From Cytophagales bacterium (lineage in GTDB: Bacteria; Bacteroidota; Bacteroidia; Cytophagales; Thermoflexibacteraceae), in assembly GCA_038209965.1 (NCBI GenBank), contig JBBQXF010000003.1, forward strand, positions 1 through 25,419: a DNA stretch of 25,419 nt, given 5' to 3'. Positions 17,827-25,419 of the stretch are shown in pieces (positions within the stretch are counted from its first letter, which is position 1; each line of letters begins with the position of its first letter). The notes below the pieces were generated by a model, which searched no databases, had not been told where the DNA came from, and saw only the letters and a list, made by a program, of their open reading frames with translations. The translations under genes were made by a program, and so were the position numbers.

Positions 17827-18507
17827 ATGGAAACCAAATATTGGTACTTGCAAAACCACACATTGTTCGACCAACTGAGCCAGCAAGAAATTGCTGAGTT
17901 GAACATTATTTCTTGCTTCAAAACGGCCAATAAAAGTGAATATGTTTACTTGGGTGGCCGCGATCTAACCCGCCTGTATATCCTCAAAAAAGGCCGGGTA
18001 AAAATTGCTTTCCAGAGCGAATCGGGCGAGGAAGTGGTGATGGAAATCCTCAAAGACGGGGATATTTTTGGGGCCGTGGGCTTGGAAGTGCAACCCAATC
18101 ACCACCAAGAATATGCCCAAGCCCTTACTGATGTGGCACTGTGCAGTTTTACCATCCCCGATTTTGTGAGCGTTATGCAGAAAAATCCCGAATTGGCGAT
18201 TCGCTACAGCAAAAAATTGGGGGAGAAAGTCAATACGGTACAAGGCAAATTTGCCAATATCATCTTCAAGGACTCCCGCGAACGGATTGTCAATTTCTTC
18301 CGGCTCAATGCCTTGCACGAGGGCAATCAGCAAGCCGACGGATCCTATTTGCTCGATATGTACCTTACCCACCAAGACATTGCCCACTTCACGGCCGTAT
18401 CGCGGCAAACCGTCACTACTATTATCAACCAACTCATTGTTCAACAGCTCATTGTTTATGTGGGCCGCCGCAAGGTGGTTATCCCCAACCTAAACAAATT
18501 GGGTTGA
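17827..18507 (+). CDS. Crp/Fnr-family transcriptional regulator (cNMP-binding domain + C-terminal HTH)
   Basis: The beta-roll region is RLYILKKGRVKIAFQSESGEEVVMEILKDGDIFGA. The C-terminal HTH is LTHQDIAHFTAVSRQTVTTIINQL. Confidence 0.85.
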   Translation: METKYWYLQNHTLFDQLSQQEIAELNIISCFKTANKSEYVYLGGRDLTRLYILKKGRVKIAFQSESGEEVVMEILKDGDIFGAVGLEVQPNHHQEYAQALTDVALCSFTIPDFVSVMQKNPELAIRYSKKLGEKVNTVQGKFANIIFKDSRERIVNFFRLNALHEGNQQADGSYLLDMYLTHQDIAHFTAVSRQTVTTIINQLIVQQLIVYVGRRKVVIPNLNKLG

Positions 18508-18517
18508 TGCCCAATGG

Positions 18518-18691
18518 CTATTGACGGCCCTGTTTTTTTTGTTGGCCTGGTGCATGGGACTTGGCCGATTTGGAACCGTAAATTTTCTTGGCCTGCCCCG
18601 GCGGTACGATGGGCCGGGTGCTGAACGGGGGCCGGGTACAGCCAACGGCCAAAAGGAGCAATAGGGCAAAGATTACGTTTTTCCGGTTCAT
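18518..18691 (-). CDS. Small putative lipoprotein (57 aa from the internal Met)
   Basis: MNRKNVIFALLLLLAVGCTRPP... is a signal peptide with a lipobox (LAVGC). The ORF is short and basic, so confidence is low. Confidence 0.3.
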   Translation of the reverse strand: MNRKNVIFALLLLLAVGCTRPPFSTRPIVPPGQAKKIYGSKSAKSHAPGQQKKQGRQ

Positions 18692-18941
18692 GTTATGGGG
18701 ATGATGATACTTGTAACGCAAAAACCGGGCTTGAAGGTTTCAGGATAAATCTATGTGAAAGATAGGGCTCGCCAACGGATGCCGGACACCATTGTAGCAG
18801 TAAAAAAGGGTATCCGAAAAAGCCGAAGCTTCAGTAGATTGCAAGTCACCGGTATTGTTCAGGTCAGTGCAGTTCCAATCATCGACTCACCGCCAATCTG
18901 ATAGCTGGGCAATTTTAATCGACCAATTGGGCAAGGGATCA

Positions 18942-20195
18942 TCACCCCCTCGCCAACACCTTGGAGATATCGATCCGGTAGGCATTGATGGCCGGGATCG
19001 CGGCGGCCACCACCCCGATGAGCGCGCTCAGGCCCAGCCAATAGAGTTCTTGGGGCAAAAACAGCCAGCCGGTCAGTTGGGCTTGCTCGGCTTCTTCGGC
19101 AAAGCGGCCGAGCAGTTCGGTAGCAGTGTGGCCCAGCAATATCCCCAAACTGACCCCAAGTAGGGTGATGACCACCCCCTCGGTGATGACCAACGCCAGC
19201 AGGCCGCCCGGTGAGGATCCAAGGGCGCGCATCACGGCCAGATCGTAGCGACGTTCTTTGAGTGCGTTGTAAAGGGCGATAAAAATGCTTAATACGGCGA
19301 TAAGTACCACCAAATAGCCAAAATACTCCAGCAGGGTAAGGCCGATGCCCAAGATGGAAAACAAGCGGTTGACCTCAAAAGCGGGCGAGGCCGCCTGCAT
19401 ATTGGTCTGGCTGTTGACAAAGCGCGGGAGCGTAATGGCCGCCATGGGGCTGCGGAACTTGATCAGCATAGTGGTCAGCTCTTTTGTGGTGTCGCCCACG
19501 GGCAAGCCAGTGAGTGAATCGGTCAACACCGCGTGTTCGTGCCCACTTTGGGCAGTGAGGTCGGCTGCTTCGCCGTGGCCTTCGTGCACGGCCCACACAC
19601 TTTGGACGTTGGTCAGGATCAGGTTGTCCAGTGCGGTGCCGGTGGGCTTGAGCAGGCCCACCACCGTGTAGGGATGGTCGGCGTGCACATCGCCCACGCC
19701 CGCGCCCATGCCGTGTGCCCCCGCAAAGCTGGCCCCGATTTTAAGCCCGGTTGCTTGGCCGACTTCGGCCCCGATGGTAGCCTCGAGGGTATTGGCCCAC
19801 CAAGCCCCGGTTTGCAGTTCGGCCCCGTAGAGTTCAGGATATTTTCGGTTGGTGCCCACTATACGGAAGCCATTGTAGCTGTCGCCCAGGGCCAGCGGGA
19901 TCACTGACTTCACCATTCGGTTGCGGGCCAACAGGTCGGCTTCGCTCAGTTTGATATTGCCCGTCGGGTAGTCGATATGGAACACACTGGACAGGATCAG
20001 TTGCATCGGGCTGCCCTTGGCCCCCACCACCAGATCGATCCCCTTGGCATTTTTGGTCAATTTTTCTTCTAGTTGGTGACTCACCAACAGCAACAAAATA
20101 ATGACTGCCGTGCCCAGGGCCAGGATCAACATATTGAGGGCATTGCTCAGGGGCTTGGCCTTGATGTATTGAAAACTGAGGGAGAACAAGTTCAT
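18942..20195 (-). CDS. FtsX/MacB-like ABC transporter permease (single FtsX unit with large periplasmic domain); no ATPase gene adjacent
   Basis: The start is at MNLFSLSFQYIKAKPLSNALNMLILALG (a typical FtsX N-terminus). A periplasmic domain of about 250 aa follows, then 3 C-terminal TMs (LTLLEYFGYLVVLIAVLSIFIALYNALKERRYDLAVMRALGSS). Confidence 0.8.
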   Translation of the reverse strand: MNLFSLSFQYIKAKPLSNALNMLILALGTAVIILLLLVSHQLEEKLTKNAKGIDLVVGAKGSPMQLILSSVFHIDYPTGNIKLSEADLLARNRMVKSVIPLALGDSYNGFRIVGTNRKYPELYGAELQTGAWWANTLEATIGAEVGQATGLKIGASFAGAHGMGAGVGDVHADHPYTVVGLLKPTGTALDNLILTNVQSVWAVHEGHGEAADLTAQSGHEHAVLTDSLTGLPVGDTTKELTTMLIKFRSPMAAITLPRFVNSQTNMQAASPAFEVNRLFSILGIGLTLLEYFGYLVVLIAVLSIFIALYNALKERRYDLAVMRALGSSPGGLLALVITEGVVITLLGVSLGILLGHTATELLGRFAEEAEQAQLTGWLFLPQELYWLGLSALIGVVAAAIPAINAYRIDISKVLARG

Positions 20196-20387
20196 TCGCT
20201 GGCCGGGTAAAAGGTGGATGATGATCAGTGGCAAAGATGAGCAGGAAATAGTTGCCGACAAAGCAATTGATAGTTGGGCGGTTGTCTTTTGCTAAATCCC
20301 TAGTCCCGGACTTTGCATGGGTGCGTCGTTCTGGGTAGATCGGGGCTTGCGCAGCCAGCTGTCCTGAACCAATTGGGCAACCACTGC

Positions 20388-20810
20388 TTAAGCTGCCGCT
20401 TTCTTAAAAACTACCAGCTTTTTCATGATGAAATTCCAGATCACCACTGCCCCGATGGTGAGCAACTTGGCCAAGTGCTCATTGATCTGGGCTTCATACA
20501 CAAGCCGGGGCAGCATCAATTCGTTGATCCACAGCCCCACCAAAGATACTACGGTAAAAATAAGGAACTCGAGTTGGCCCGAATGCGCCCCGCTGCCAAA
20601 TACCCAAACCCGGCTTAACCAATAGTTGGCAATGAGTACGATGGTGAACGCAATCCGGTTGGCGACCATCAAATCTACGCCACAATAATCCTTCAGAAAG
20701 AACAAGATGCTCATTTCAACGATCACCGAAGCAACTCCTAGAATAACAAAGCGAAAAAGTTGGGAATAAAAAGGTTTTTCGGTGATCAGTTGCCGGATTT
20801 TGTCAATCAT
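20388..20810 (-). CDS. GtrA-family membrane protein (polysaccharide/lipid-linked sugar translocation)
   Basis: About 140 aa with 4 TM. FVILGVASVIVEMSILFFL...ANRIAFTIVLIANYWLSRVWVF matches the GtrA family pattern. The start was chosen at MIDKIRQ. Confidence 0.65.
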   Translation of the reverse strand: MIDKIRQLITEKPFYSQLFRFVILGVASVIVEMSILFFLKDYCGVDLMVANRIAFTIVLIANYWLSRVWVFGSGAHSGQLEFLIFTVVSLVGLWINELMLPRLVYEAQINEHLAKLLTIGAVVIWNFIMKKLVVFKKAAA

Positions 20811-20964
20811 TAGTGATAAATAAAGATAAAATAGTTGCAAAAATAAGCAGGAAATGTGGTTTGGCCTCGATCTCCATCAATTTTAACAATCATTTATTGT
20901 TTAGCTTTACAGTTGAACTCCTTAAATCTTTACTCATCCATTTAGCAACGCTGCCCTAAATTCA

Positions 20965-22335
20965 ATGCCCGAACTACCCATGCCAGTTCCTGAACCCAAT
21001 GATGAGCCCCAAGAATGGCTCAAAGAATTGGCCACCAAGAGTTGGGAACCAGAATTGATCATTTCTGCGGCTTCCATTTACCTCATCTCCAGCTTGCCCG
21101 AATGGATTGACGGGGTCTATCTGCATTATGAAATCAACTGGGCCCAAAGTGGCTATCTTGAGGCGGCTGCCGGCGTGGGCATAGAACTGTTGGCTTCGCT
21201 GGGCCTCCTGTTCTTCAAATGCGCGGCCTATATGCTAACGGCCGCTTTTGTGGCCCATTTTACGCTCCGAGCGTTTTGGGTGGCCACCATCGGGCTGCTC
21301 TCGGTATTCCCCCAAGACATTGAGTATGATCGGCTGCCCAAGTTGGGCGACCATGCCAAAAAAGCAATGCGGATCCAATTGGGCACTTTTCAATCATTCA
21401 TCGTGCGGCTGGATCGGACATGCAGTACTTTGTTGTCTATTGCGTTCCTGATTGCGTTGTCCATTGCCAATATTTCCATCATTTACTTGGCCATGTTTAT
21501 TTTGCTCTCGTTCGTGCGGCTCGTCGTGCCGATCGGGATCATGGAGGAGTATGAGGTGGTGCTCTATTTTGTCTTTCTGGCCCTTACCCTTTTACCTGCG
21601 GTGTTCATGGGGTTGGGCAACACGAAATGGGCAAAAAAACGACCTGATCTGGAAACCCGGCTCTTTCGCTGGCAGTGGGCAGCTACGGGCATCTTGTTCC
21701 CTTTCACCCGCGACCCCTTCACCCGGCTGGGCTATATGTTCCAATCCAACATTTCCCGCTCGGCCTATAACCGTTACAAGCTATTGATAGGGGTAACTTT
21801 GTCTGTCTTGTTGCTCTTCTTCAAGCTTCAGCACGATGCTGGCAATCGCCTCGACACCCGCACGTATTATGGCACCGATGAGCCGTACCGCGTGTACCCT
21901 GTCCATTACGACAACCTGCGGACCAAGGGAGAGTTGATCCGCACCGCCAGCATCCACACCGATGTGCTCAAGGACAATTACCTCAAGCTGTTCATCGCGT
22001 ATCCCAAAATGCTCGATGCGGTGCTCCGTTCCCGCTGGCCCGAACCGATATTGCCCGATAACATGCCCCGGGAGCAGGCGCGGGCGAAACGCAATGAAGC
22101 CAATCTGGCCGGCTTTTCGGCCTATTTTAAGATCTATGTCAACGATTCGCTCCGTACCGATCCCGGCTTTTTGTGGCATACCCACCCCAATGCCAACGAG
22201 CGCGGGGTGCTGGCCTATTTGAGCGCGAAGGGCTTTCGGCTCGGCCCCAACCAGTTGCGTGTCACTGCTCCGCGCACCGACTCGGTGGGCAAAGAGCAAA
22301 GGGTGACTGTGATCCCGTTTTGGTACATGCCCTAA
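20965..22335 (+). CDS. Hypothetical polytopic membrane protein (456 aa) with ~190-aa soluble C-terminal domain; no recognisable family
   Basis: The ORF is clean in a 58% GC region with several TM helices (LIISAASIYLISSL, LLASLGLLFFKCAAYMLTAAFVAHF, LLSIAFLIALSIANISIIYLAMFILLSF, VVLYFVFLALTLLPAVFMGL). The C-terminal domain is rich in R/Y/P/W. Confidence 0.6.
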   Translation: MPELPMPVPEPNDEPQEWLKELATKSWEPELIISAASIYLISSLPEWIDGVYLHYEINWAQSGYLEAAAGVGIELLASLGLLFFKCAAYMLTAAFVAHFTLRAFWVATIGLLSVFPQDIEYDRLPKLGDHAKKAMRIQLGTFQSFIVRLDRTCSTLLSIAFLIALSIANISIIYLAMFILLSFVRLVVPIGIMEEYEVVLYFVFLALTLLPAVFMGLGNTKWAKKRPDLETRLFRWQWAATGILFPFTRDPFTRLGYMFQSNISRSAYNRYKLLIGVTLSVLLLFFKLQHDAGNRLDTRTYYGTDEPYRVYPVHYDNLRTKGELIRTASIHTDVLKDNYLKLFIAYPKMLDAVLRSRWPEPILPDNMPREQARAKRNEANLAGFSAYFKIYVNDSLRTDPGFLWHTHPNANERGVLAYLSAKGFRLGPNQLRVTAPRTDSVGKEQRVTVIPFWYMP

Positions 22336-22363
22336 TAGGTCGGAAGTCGGGAAGCGAGTCTAT

Positions 22364-22386
22364 CTTCCGCCAAAAAGGCGGGAAAG
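22364..22386 (+). terminator. Hairpin TTCCGCC-aaaaa-GGCGGGA followed by GGTTTGGTTTGG; candidate terminator for the 20965-22335 gene
   Basis: Read directly from the sequence. The stem is 7 bp including one G-U pair. Confidence 0.35.
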
Positions 22387-22412
22387 GCGGTTTGGTTTGG
22401 CCAAAAAGGATC

Positions 22413-22446
22413 GACCCAAACGGGGGATTGTCACTTTGTTTGGGTC
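22413..22446 (-). terminator. 9-bp perfect stem (GACCCAAAC/GTTTGGGTC) with 16-nt loop, followed on the minus strand by GATCCTTTTTGG; candidate terminator for the anti-sigma gene
   Basis: Read directly from the sequence. It lies in a convergent intergenic region. Confidence 0.45.
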
Positions 22447-22491
22447 AAAAAAAGCCGATCTGGGTATCCTGTTTGGCCCAATACTGGACAA

Positions 22492-23349
22492 TCACAATGG
22501 GTACAACGCGCCCACGCCCTCGGCAGCCTTGGCCCGCACGATTTTGGGGGCGGCCTCATCCTCCATCAGTTGTTGCATGGGGCCAAGTGCCCTTTTTTCT
22601 TGCCAATCGATCAACAGGGCAATGAGGGTAATCTGGATCATTGGCTCGGTCTGTTTGGCAAATGATGCCACCACCGCCAACCGGAGTTGGGGCTGATCGC
22701 CAAACCGGGCCAGTGCCTCGGCGGCGGCCAACCGCACGTTGATGTTGGGGTCAAAATTCAGGGTATTGAGCAGTACCCTGGTGATTTTTTCATCTACTTC
22801 CTCCATTTCATTGGCGTAGCCCACGGCCTTGATCCGATCGCTGGCCGAATTTTGTTTGAGCAAATTGAGCATCACCATTTGGTTGGATGCCTGCACTTCG
22901 GCCCGGAGGCGATCCACTTCGCGCTCGGTCGCCTGTAACCGCCCGCGCAGGGTCAACTGGCCCAACCAGAAAGCCCCGATCAACAGGGCCACCGATGCCG
23001 CAATTGGTAGCCACACTGACCGCTTGGGGGCCCAGCGCTGATCCTTGATTTGCGCTGAAACCTTTTTGCCCCCGGTTTCGGCTGAAAGGTGCTTGCTTGG
23101 CCCATTGTCGGCTATTTTCTGTTTTTCGCCGGCCAACAATTGGGAAAAATTTGCCCTTAACTCATCAGTGGGCACGACACTTTCGGGTTGGGCAAATGCC
23201 GCCAGCAATTGCTTTAATGCCTCATATTCACGTTGGTGAATAGTGCTTTCGGCCATTTGCCGCTCCACCATTTCCTTCATTTCCCCGGTCAGTTTGCCAT
23301 CGATCAGGTCGATCATCAGGCTTTGCCATTCTTCTTCGGACAGTTTCAT
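22492..23349 (-). CDS. Membrane-spanning anti-sigma factor with C-terminal HEAT-repeat domain
   Basis: It starts 13 bp downstream of the ECF sigma gene. The N-terminal anti-sigma-like segment is SEEEWQSLMIDLIDGKLTGE. There is a single TM (VWLPIAASVALLIGAFWLG), a coiled-coil, then HEAT-like repeats (VRLAAAEALARFGDQ...LRLAVVASFAKQ..., IVRAKAAEGVGAL). Confidence 0.65.
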   Translation of the reverse strand: MKLSEEEWQSLMIDLIDGKLTGEMKEMVERQMAESTIHQREYEALKQLLAAFAQPESVVPTDELRANFSQLLAGEKQKIADNGPSKHLSAETGGKKVSAQIKDQRWAPKRSVWLPIAASVALLIGAFWLGQLTLRGRLQATEREVDRLRAEVQASNQMVMLNLLKQNSASDRIKAVGYANEMEEVDEKITRVLLNTLNFDPNINVRLAAAEALARFGDQPQLRLAVVASFAKQTEPMIQITLIALLIDWQEKRALGPMQQLMEDEAAPKIVRAKAAEGVGALYPL

Positions 23350-23362
23350 CAGGATCGTTGGG

Positions 23363-23893
23363 TTAGTTTTCGTGCTTGAAATAAAGTTCTTTCAATTTTT
23401 TGATGGCCCGGTGAACCCGGACTTTTACCGCGCTCAGGCTCAGCCCCATGATCTGGGCAATCTCCTCATATTTGAGTTCCTGATAGCGGCTCATCACCAG
23501 CAAATCCCGATCGCTTTGGGGCAATTGCTGTAGGGCCAGTTGGAGGGTTACCACTTGTTCGGCTTGCTCGGCCCCATCAGGGGCGGCCACTCTTTCGTGG
23601 ATCGGCTTCAGGCCCACGAAGCTGGATTTCTGCTTTTCAAAATGATCGTTGGCCACATTGCGGGCCACCCGGTAGATCCAGGCCCGAAATGGCTGGCCGG
23701 GCTGGTAACTCCCCCGATAGCGCAATAACCGGACGAATACATTCTGGGTCAGATCTTTGCTCAGCTCGCGATCTTGGATCATCCGGTGGAAAAAATGGTA
23801 CAAACCGACGTGGTATCGATCAAAAAGCAGTCCGGCTTGATCTAAATCGCCACTGCCCACGGCCCACATGGCTTCTTCATCAGTTGGTATCAT
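23363..23893 (-). CDS. RNA polymerase ECF-type sigma-70 factor
   Basis: Region 2 is LLFDRYHVGLYHFFHRMIQDRELSKDLTQNVFVRLLRYRGSY. Region 4 is LPQSDRDLLVMSRYQELKYEEIAQIMGLSLSAVKVRVHRAIKKL. The start was chosen at the internal Met (MIPTDEE...), which gives a typical length of about 176 aa. Confidence 0.85.
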   Translation of the reverse strand: MIPTDEEAMWAVGSGDLDQAGLLFDRYHVGLYHFFHRMIQDRELSKDLTQNVFVRLLRYRGSYQPGQPFRAWIYRVARNVANDHFEKQKSSFVGLKPIHERVAAPDGAEQAEQVVTLQLALQQLPQSDRDLLVMSRYQELKYEEIAQIMGLSLSAVKVRVHRAIKKLKELYFKHEN

Positions 23894-24031
23894 TGCATCG
23901 GGCTGATTAATCAAAATTGACTTGCCACTAGAATACCCACCAAATCCGAAAAGGTTACACGCCGATGACAACTAGGTAGCCACTTTGGTTTGGTTGGCCA
24001 CTCGGCTGCGCCCCGAATCACCGGTTGGCGC

Positions 24032-25419
24032 CTATCCGTTATTGGCGGGAAGGGGCGATGGAACCGTCGGCAAGGCAACGACGAAAGTGGTGCCCTGGCC
24101 CGGTTGGCTGAGCACGGTGATGGTTCCGCCGTTTCGCTCCACCATTTCTTTGCACATAAGCAGGCCCAGGCCGGTACCCGGTTCGCCAGCCGTGCCGCGT
24201 TCCGTAAAGTGGGTGGTCAAATTGAACAGCTTACCGATACTTTCGGGCGACATCCCGATGCCATTGTCGGTCACCCGGAACTGGGCCAATCGGTCGTTTA
24301 TTTCCCCATTCAGATCCACCCGTCCACCCGAATGGGTGAATTTGAGGGCATTGCCCAACAAATTGTGCAACACAAGGAGGATCTGCTGTGGATCGGCCAA
24401 TGCAGGCAGGACAGCGGGCATTTGGTTGTGGATAGCGATCCCCTTTGATTTGGCAATCGGCTGGAGCAACTTGATTTTCTCTTCGGCCAACAGGGTAAGG
24501 TTAAAGGGCTGCGCTTGGGTCACTATGCCCTGGCGCTGGGCATACGACCAGTTGAGCAAGTTGTCGATCGTTTGCCGGAGGCGGGACACCTCTCCCCCCA
24601 AGCCCTGCACCAGCTCGCCCAACTCTTCGGACAGCGGCTCATCGGCTATGATGGCAAGGGCCAGTTGCACGCTGGCCACGGGGCTGCGCAAATCGTGGCC
24701 GATGATGGCCATCAGCTTGTCCTTGGCTTCGTTGGCCTCGCGCAACTCGCGGGTGCGCTCGTTCACTTTTTGTTCCAGTTCTACATTTTTTTGCTCCACC
24801 ACCGCCCGAATGGCCACTTGCTTTTCCTCGGCCATCCGTTCATTCTCCCGCTTTTTCTGTTCTACCTCGGCCTTGAGCAACGTGTAGCGCGAAGCCAGGG
24901 CAAAAGCAAAAAGTACCGACTCTACCACCAAGGCAAACTTGAAGATAGAAGCTGCATATTTTTTAAAAAACACACCACTCGGATCGCTAATATGCCCCAC
25001 TACCACAAAACCCACCCCGATCACCAACAAAAAACTGGCACCCAGGTAATACTTGGCCGGAGCATAGTGGGCCCGCCAAGCCCAAATTCCCAAGCTTATC
25101 GAAGCCAGGCAGGCAATAGTGCCGCCAAACAAGAGCAACCATTCACTAAAAATGAACCGCTGCTGGTGCCACTCTACCGCCAAGAACACCACCGGAACCA
25201 CGTAGGACCATTTCAGCCACTTGAGCGGCCGATCCCAGCCGGAAAAACGTTTCAGAGTATCAAAATAGCTGCGGACAAAGCCGACGTAAGCCACTTGGAA
25301 CAGAACAATAAAACCGCGCCCAACCGGGACCTCAAGGTAAAACCCTGCCATTGGGGGCGGCCAAGTGGCCAAAAAAGTATCCAAGCAGATCCAGCCGATG
25401 GCCCCCAAATTGTACAGGC
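24032..25419 (-). CDS. Sensor histidine kinase, 7TMR-DISM type (7 TM receptor region + HisKA + HATPase_c); N-terminus outside the window
   Basis: The H-box is MAIIGHDLRSPVASVQLALAII. N, G1 and G2 boxes are present (LLGNALKFT, DNGIGM, GTGLGL). Seven hydrophobic helices precede a coiled-coil linker. The frame is open to the window end. Confidence 0.85.
   Translation of the reverse strand, partial: LYNLGAIGWICLDTFLATWPPPMAGFYLEVPVGRGFIVLFQVAYVGFVRSYFDTLKRFSGWDRPLKWLKWSYVVPVVFLAVEWHQQRFIFSEWLLLFGGTIACLASISLGIWAWRAHYAPAKYYLGASFLLVIGVGFVVVGHISDPSGVFFKKYAASIFKFALVVESVLFAFALASRYTLLKAEVEQKKRENERMAEEKQVAIRAVVEQKNVELEQKVNERTRELREANEAKDKLMAIIGHDLRSPVASVQLALAIIADEPLSEELGELVQGLGGEVSRLRQTIDNLLNWSYAQRQGIVTQAQPFNLTLLAEEKIKLLQPIAKSKGIAIHNQMPAVLPALADPQQILLVLHNLLGNALKFTHSGGRVDLNGEINDRLAQFRVTDNGIGMSPESIGKLFNLTTHFTERGTAGEPGTGLGLLMCKEMVERNGGTITVLSQPGQGTTFVVALPTVPSPLPANNG

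Noticed and set aside
19345-19907. Plus-strand ORFs (108 and 124 aa) and a minus ORF (73 aa) inside the FtsX permease gene
   Set aside because: They are antisense or alternative-frame artefacts of GC-rich sequence with no motifs.
21248-22696. Several 67-172-aa ORFs overlapping the 20965-22335 gene and its 3' flank
   Set aside because: They are shadow ORFs in GC-rich DNA. The long +1 frame is far longer and hydropathy-consistent.
23985-24887. 300-aa and 152-aa plus-strand ORFs opposite the histidine kinase
   Set aside because: They are antisense to a gene with unambiguous HisKA/HATPase motifs. Their composition is R/S/P-rich.
1-25419. CRISPR arrays, rRNA genes, integrase/recombinase genes, phage structural genes
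   Set aside because: I looked for regularly spaced direct repeats and for hallmark motifs and found none.

Overview
This 25.4 kb window reads as a Bacteroidetes-type chromosomal region (weak Shine-Dalgarno usage, 4-bp stop/start overlaps, a 7TMR-DISM sensor kinase, an ECF sigma/anti-sigma pair, GtrA and FtsX-family genes). Base composition is mosaic. Bases 1-16,400 alternate between about 33-40% GC blocks and about 48-50% GC blocks, and there is an abrupt switch to about 57-60% GC from about 16.4 kb to the end, which produces many spurious shadow ORFs.

Genes I can support, in order:
- the 3' end of a flavodoxin-fold NAD(P)H-quinone oxidoreductase-like gene;
- a secreted SOUL/HBP heme-binding protein;
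- a truncated alpha/beta-hydrolase fragment;
- a cytosolic Cys-rich four-helix-bundle Csp/DUF326-type copper-binding protein, followed by a long hairpin terminator;
- a two-gene membrane module, one member of which carries 8-9 tandem 17-aa beta-helical repeats;
- a trehalose operon of a GH15 hydrolase (trehalase/glucoamylase type) and a fused OtsA-OtsB, with an ATGA overlap between them;
- a 1.1 kb stretch with no credible gene;
- an AT-rich five-gene export unit (small ORF, ABC ATPase, HlyD/DevB-type lipoprotein adaptor, FtsX/DevC-type permease, TolC-family outer-membrane factor);
- a decay zone from 14.3 to 16.6 kb holding remnants of a P-type cation ATPase, a PIG-L/LmbE deacetylase and an IS630-like transposase HTH, sitting exactly at the GC breakpoint;
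- in the GC-rich part, a LysE-family exporter, a Crp/Fnr regulator, a small lipoprotein, an FtsX/MacB-like permease with no adjacent ATPase, GtrA, and an uncharacterised 456-aa polytopic membrane protein;
- a minus-strand module of 7TMR-DISM histidine kinase (5' partial at the window end), ECF sigma factor and a HEAT-repeat anti-sigma factor.

I found no rRNA, tRNA or CRISPR array. The most unusual items are the beta-helical-repeat membrane module, the pseudogene/IS scar at the composition breakpoint, the self-contained tripartite exporter with an upstream small ORF, and the sensor-kinase/ECF/anti-sigma arrangement. All family assignments come from reading motifs by eye and need HMM or BLAST confirmation.
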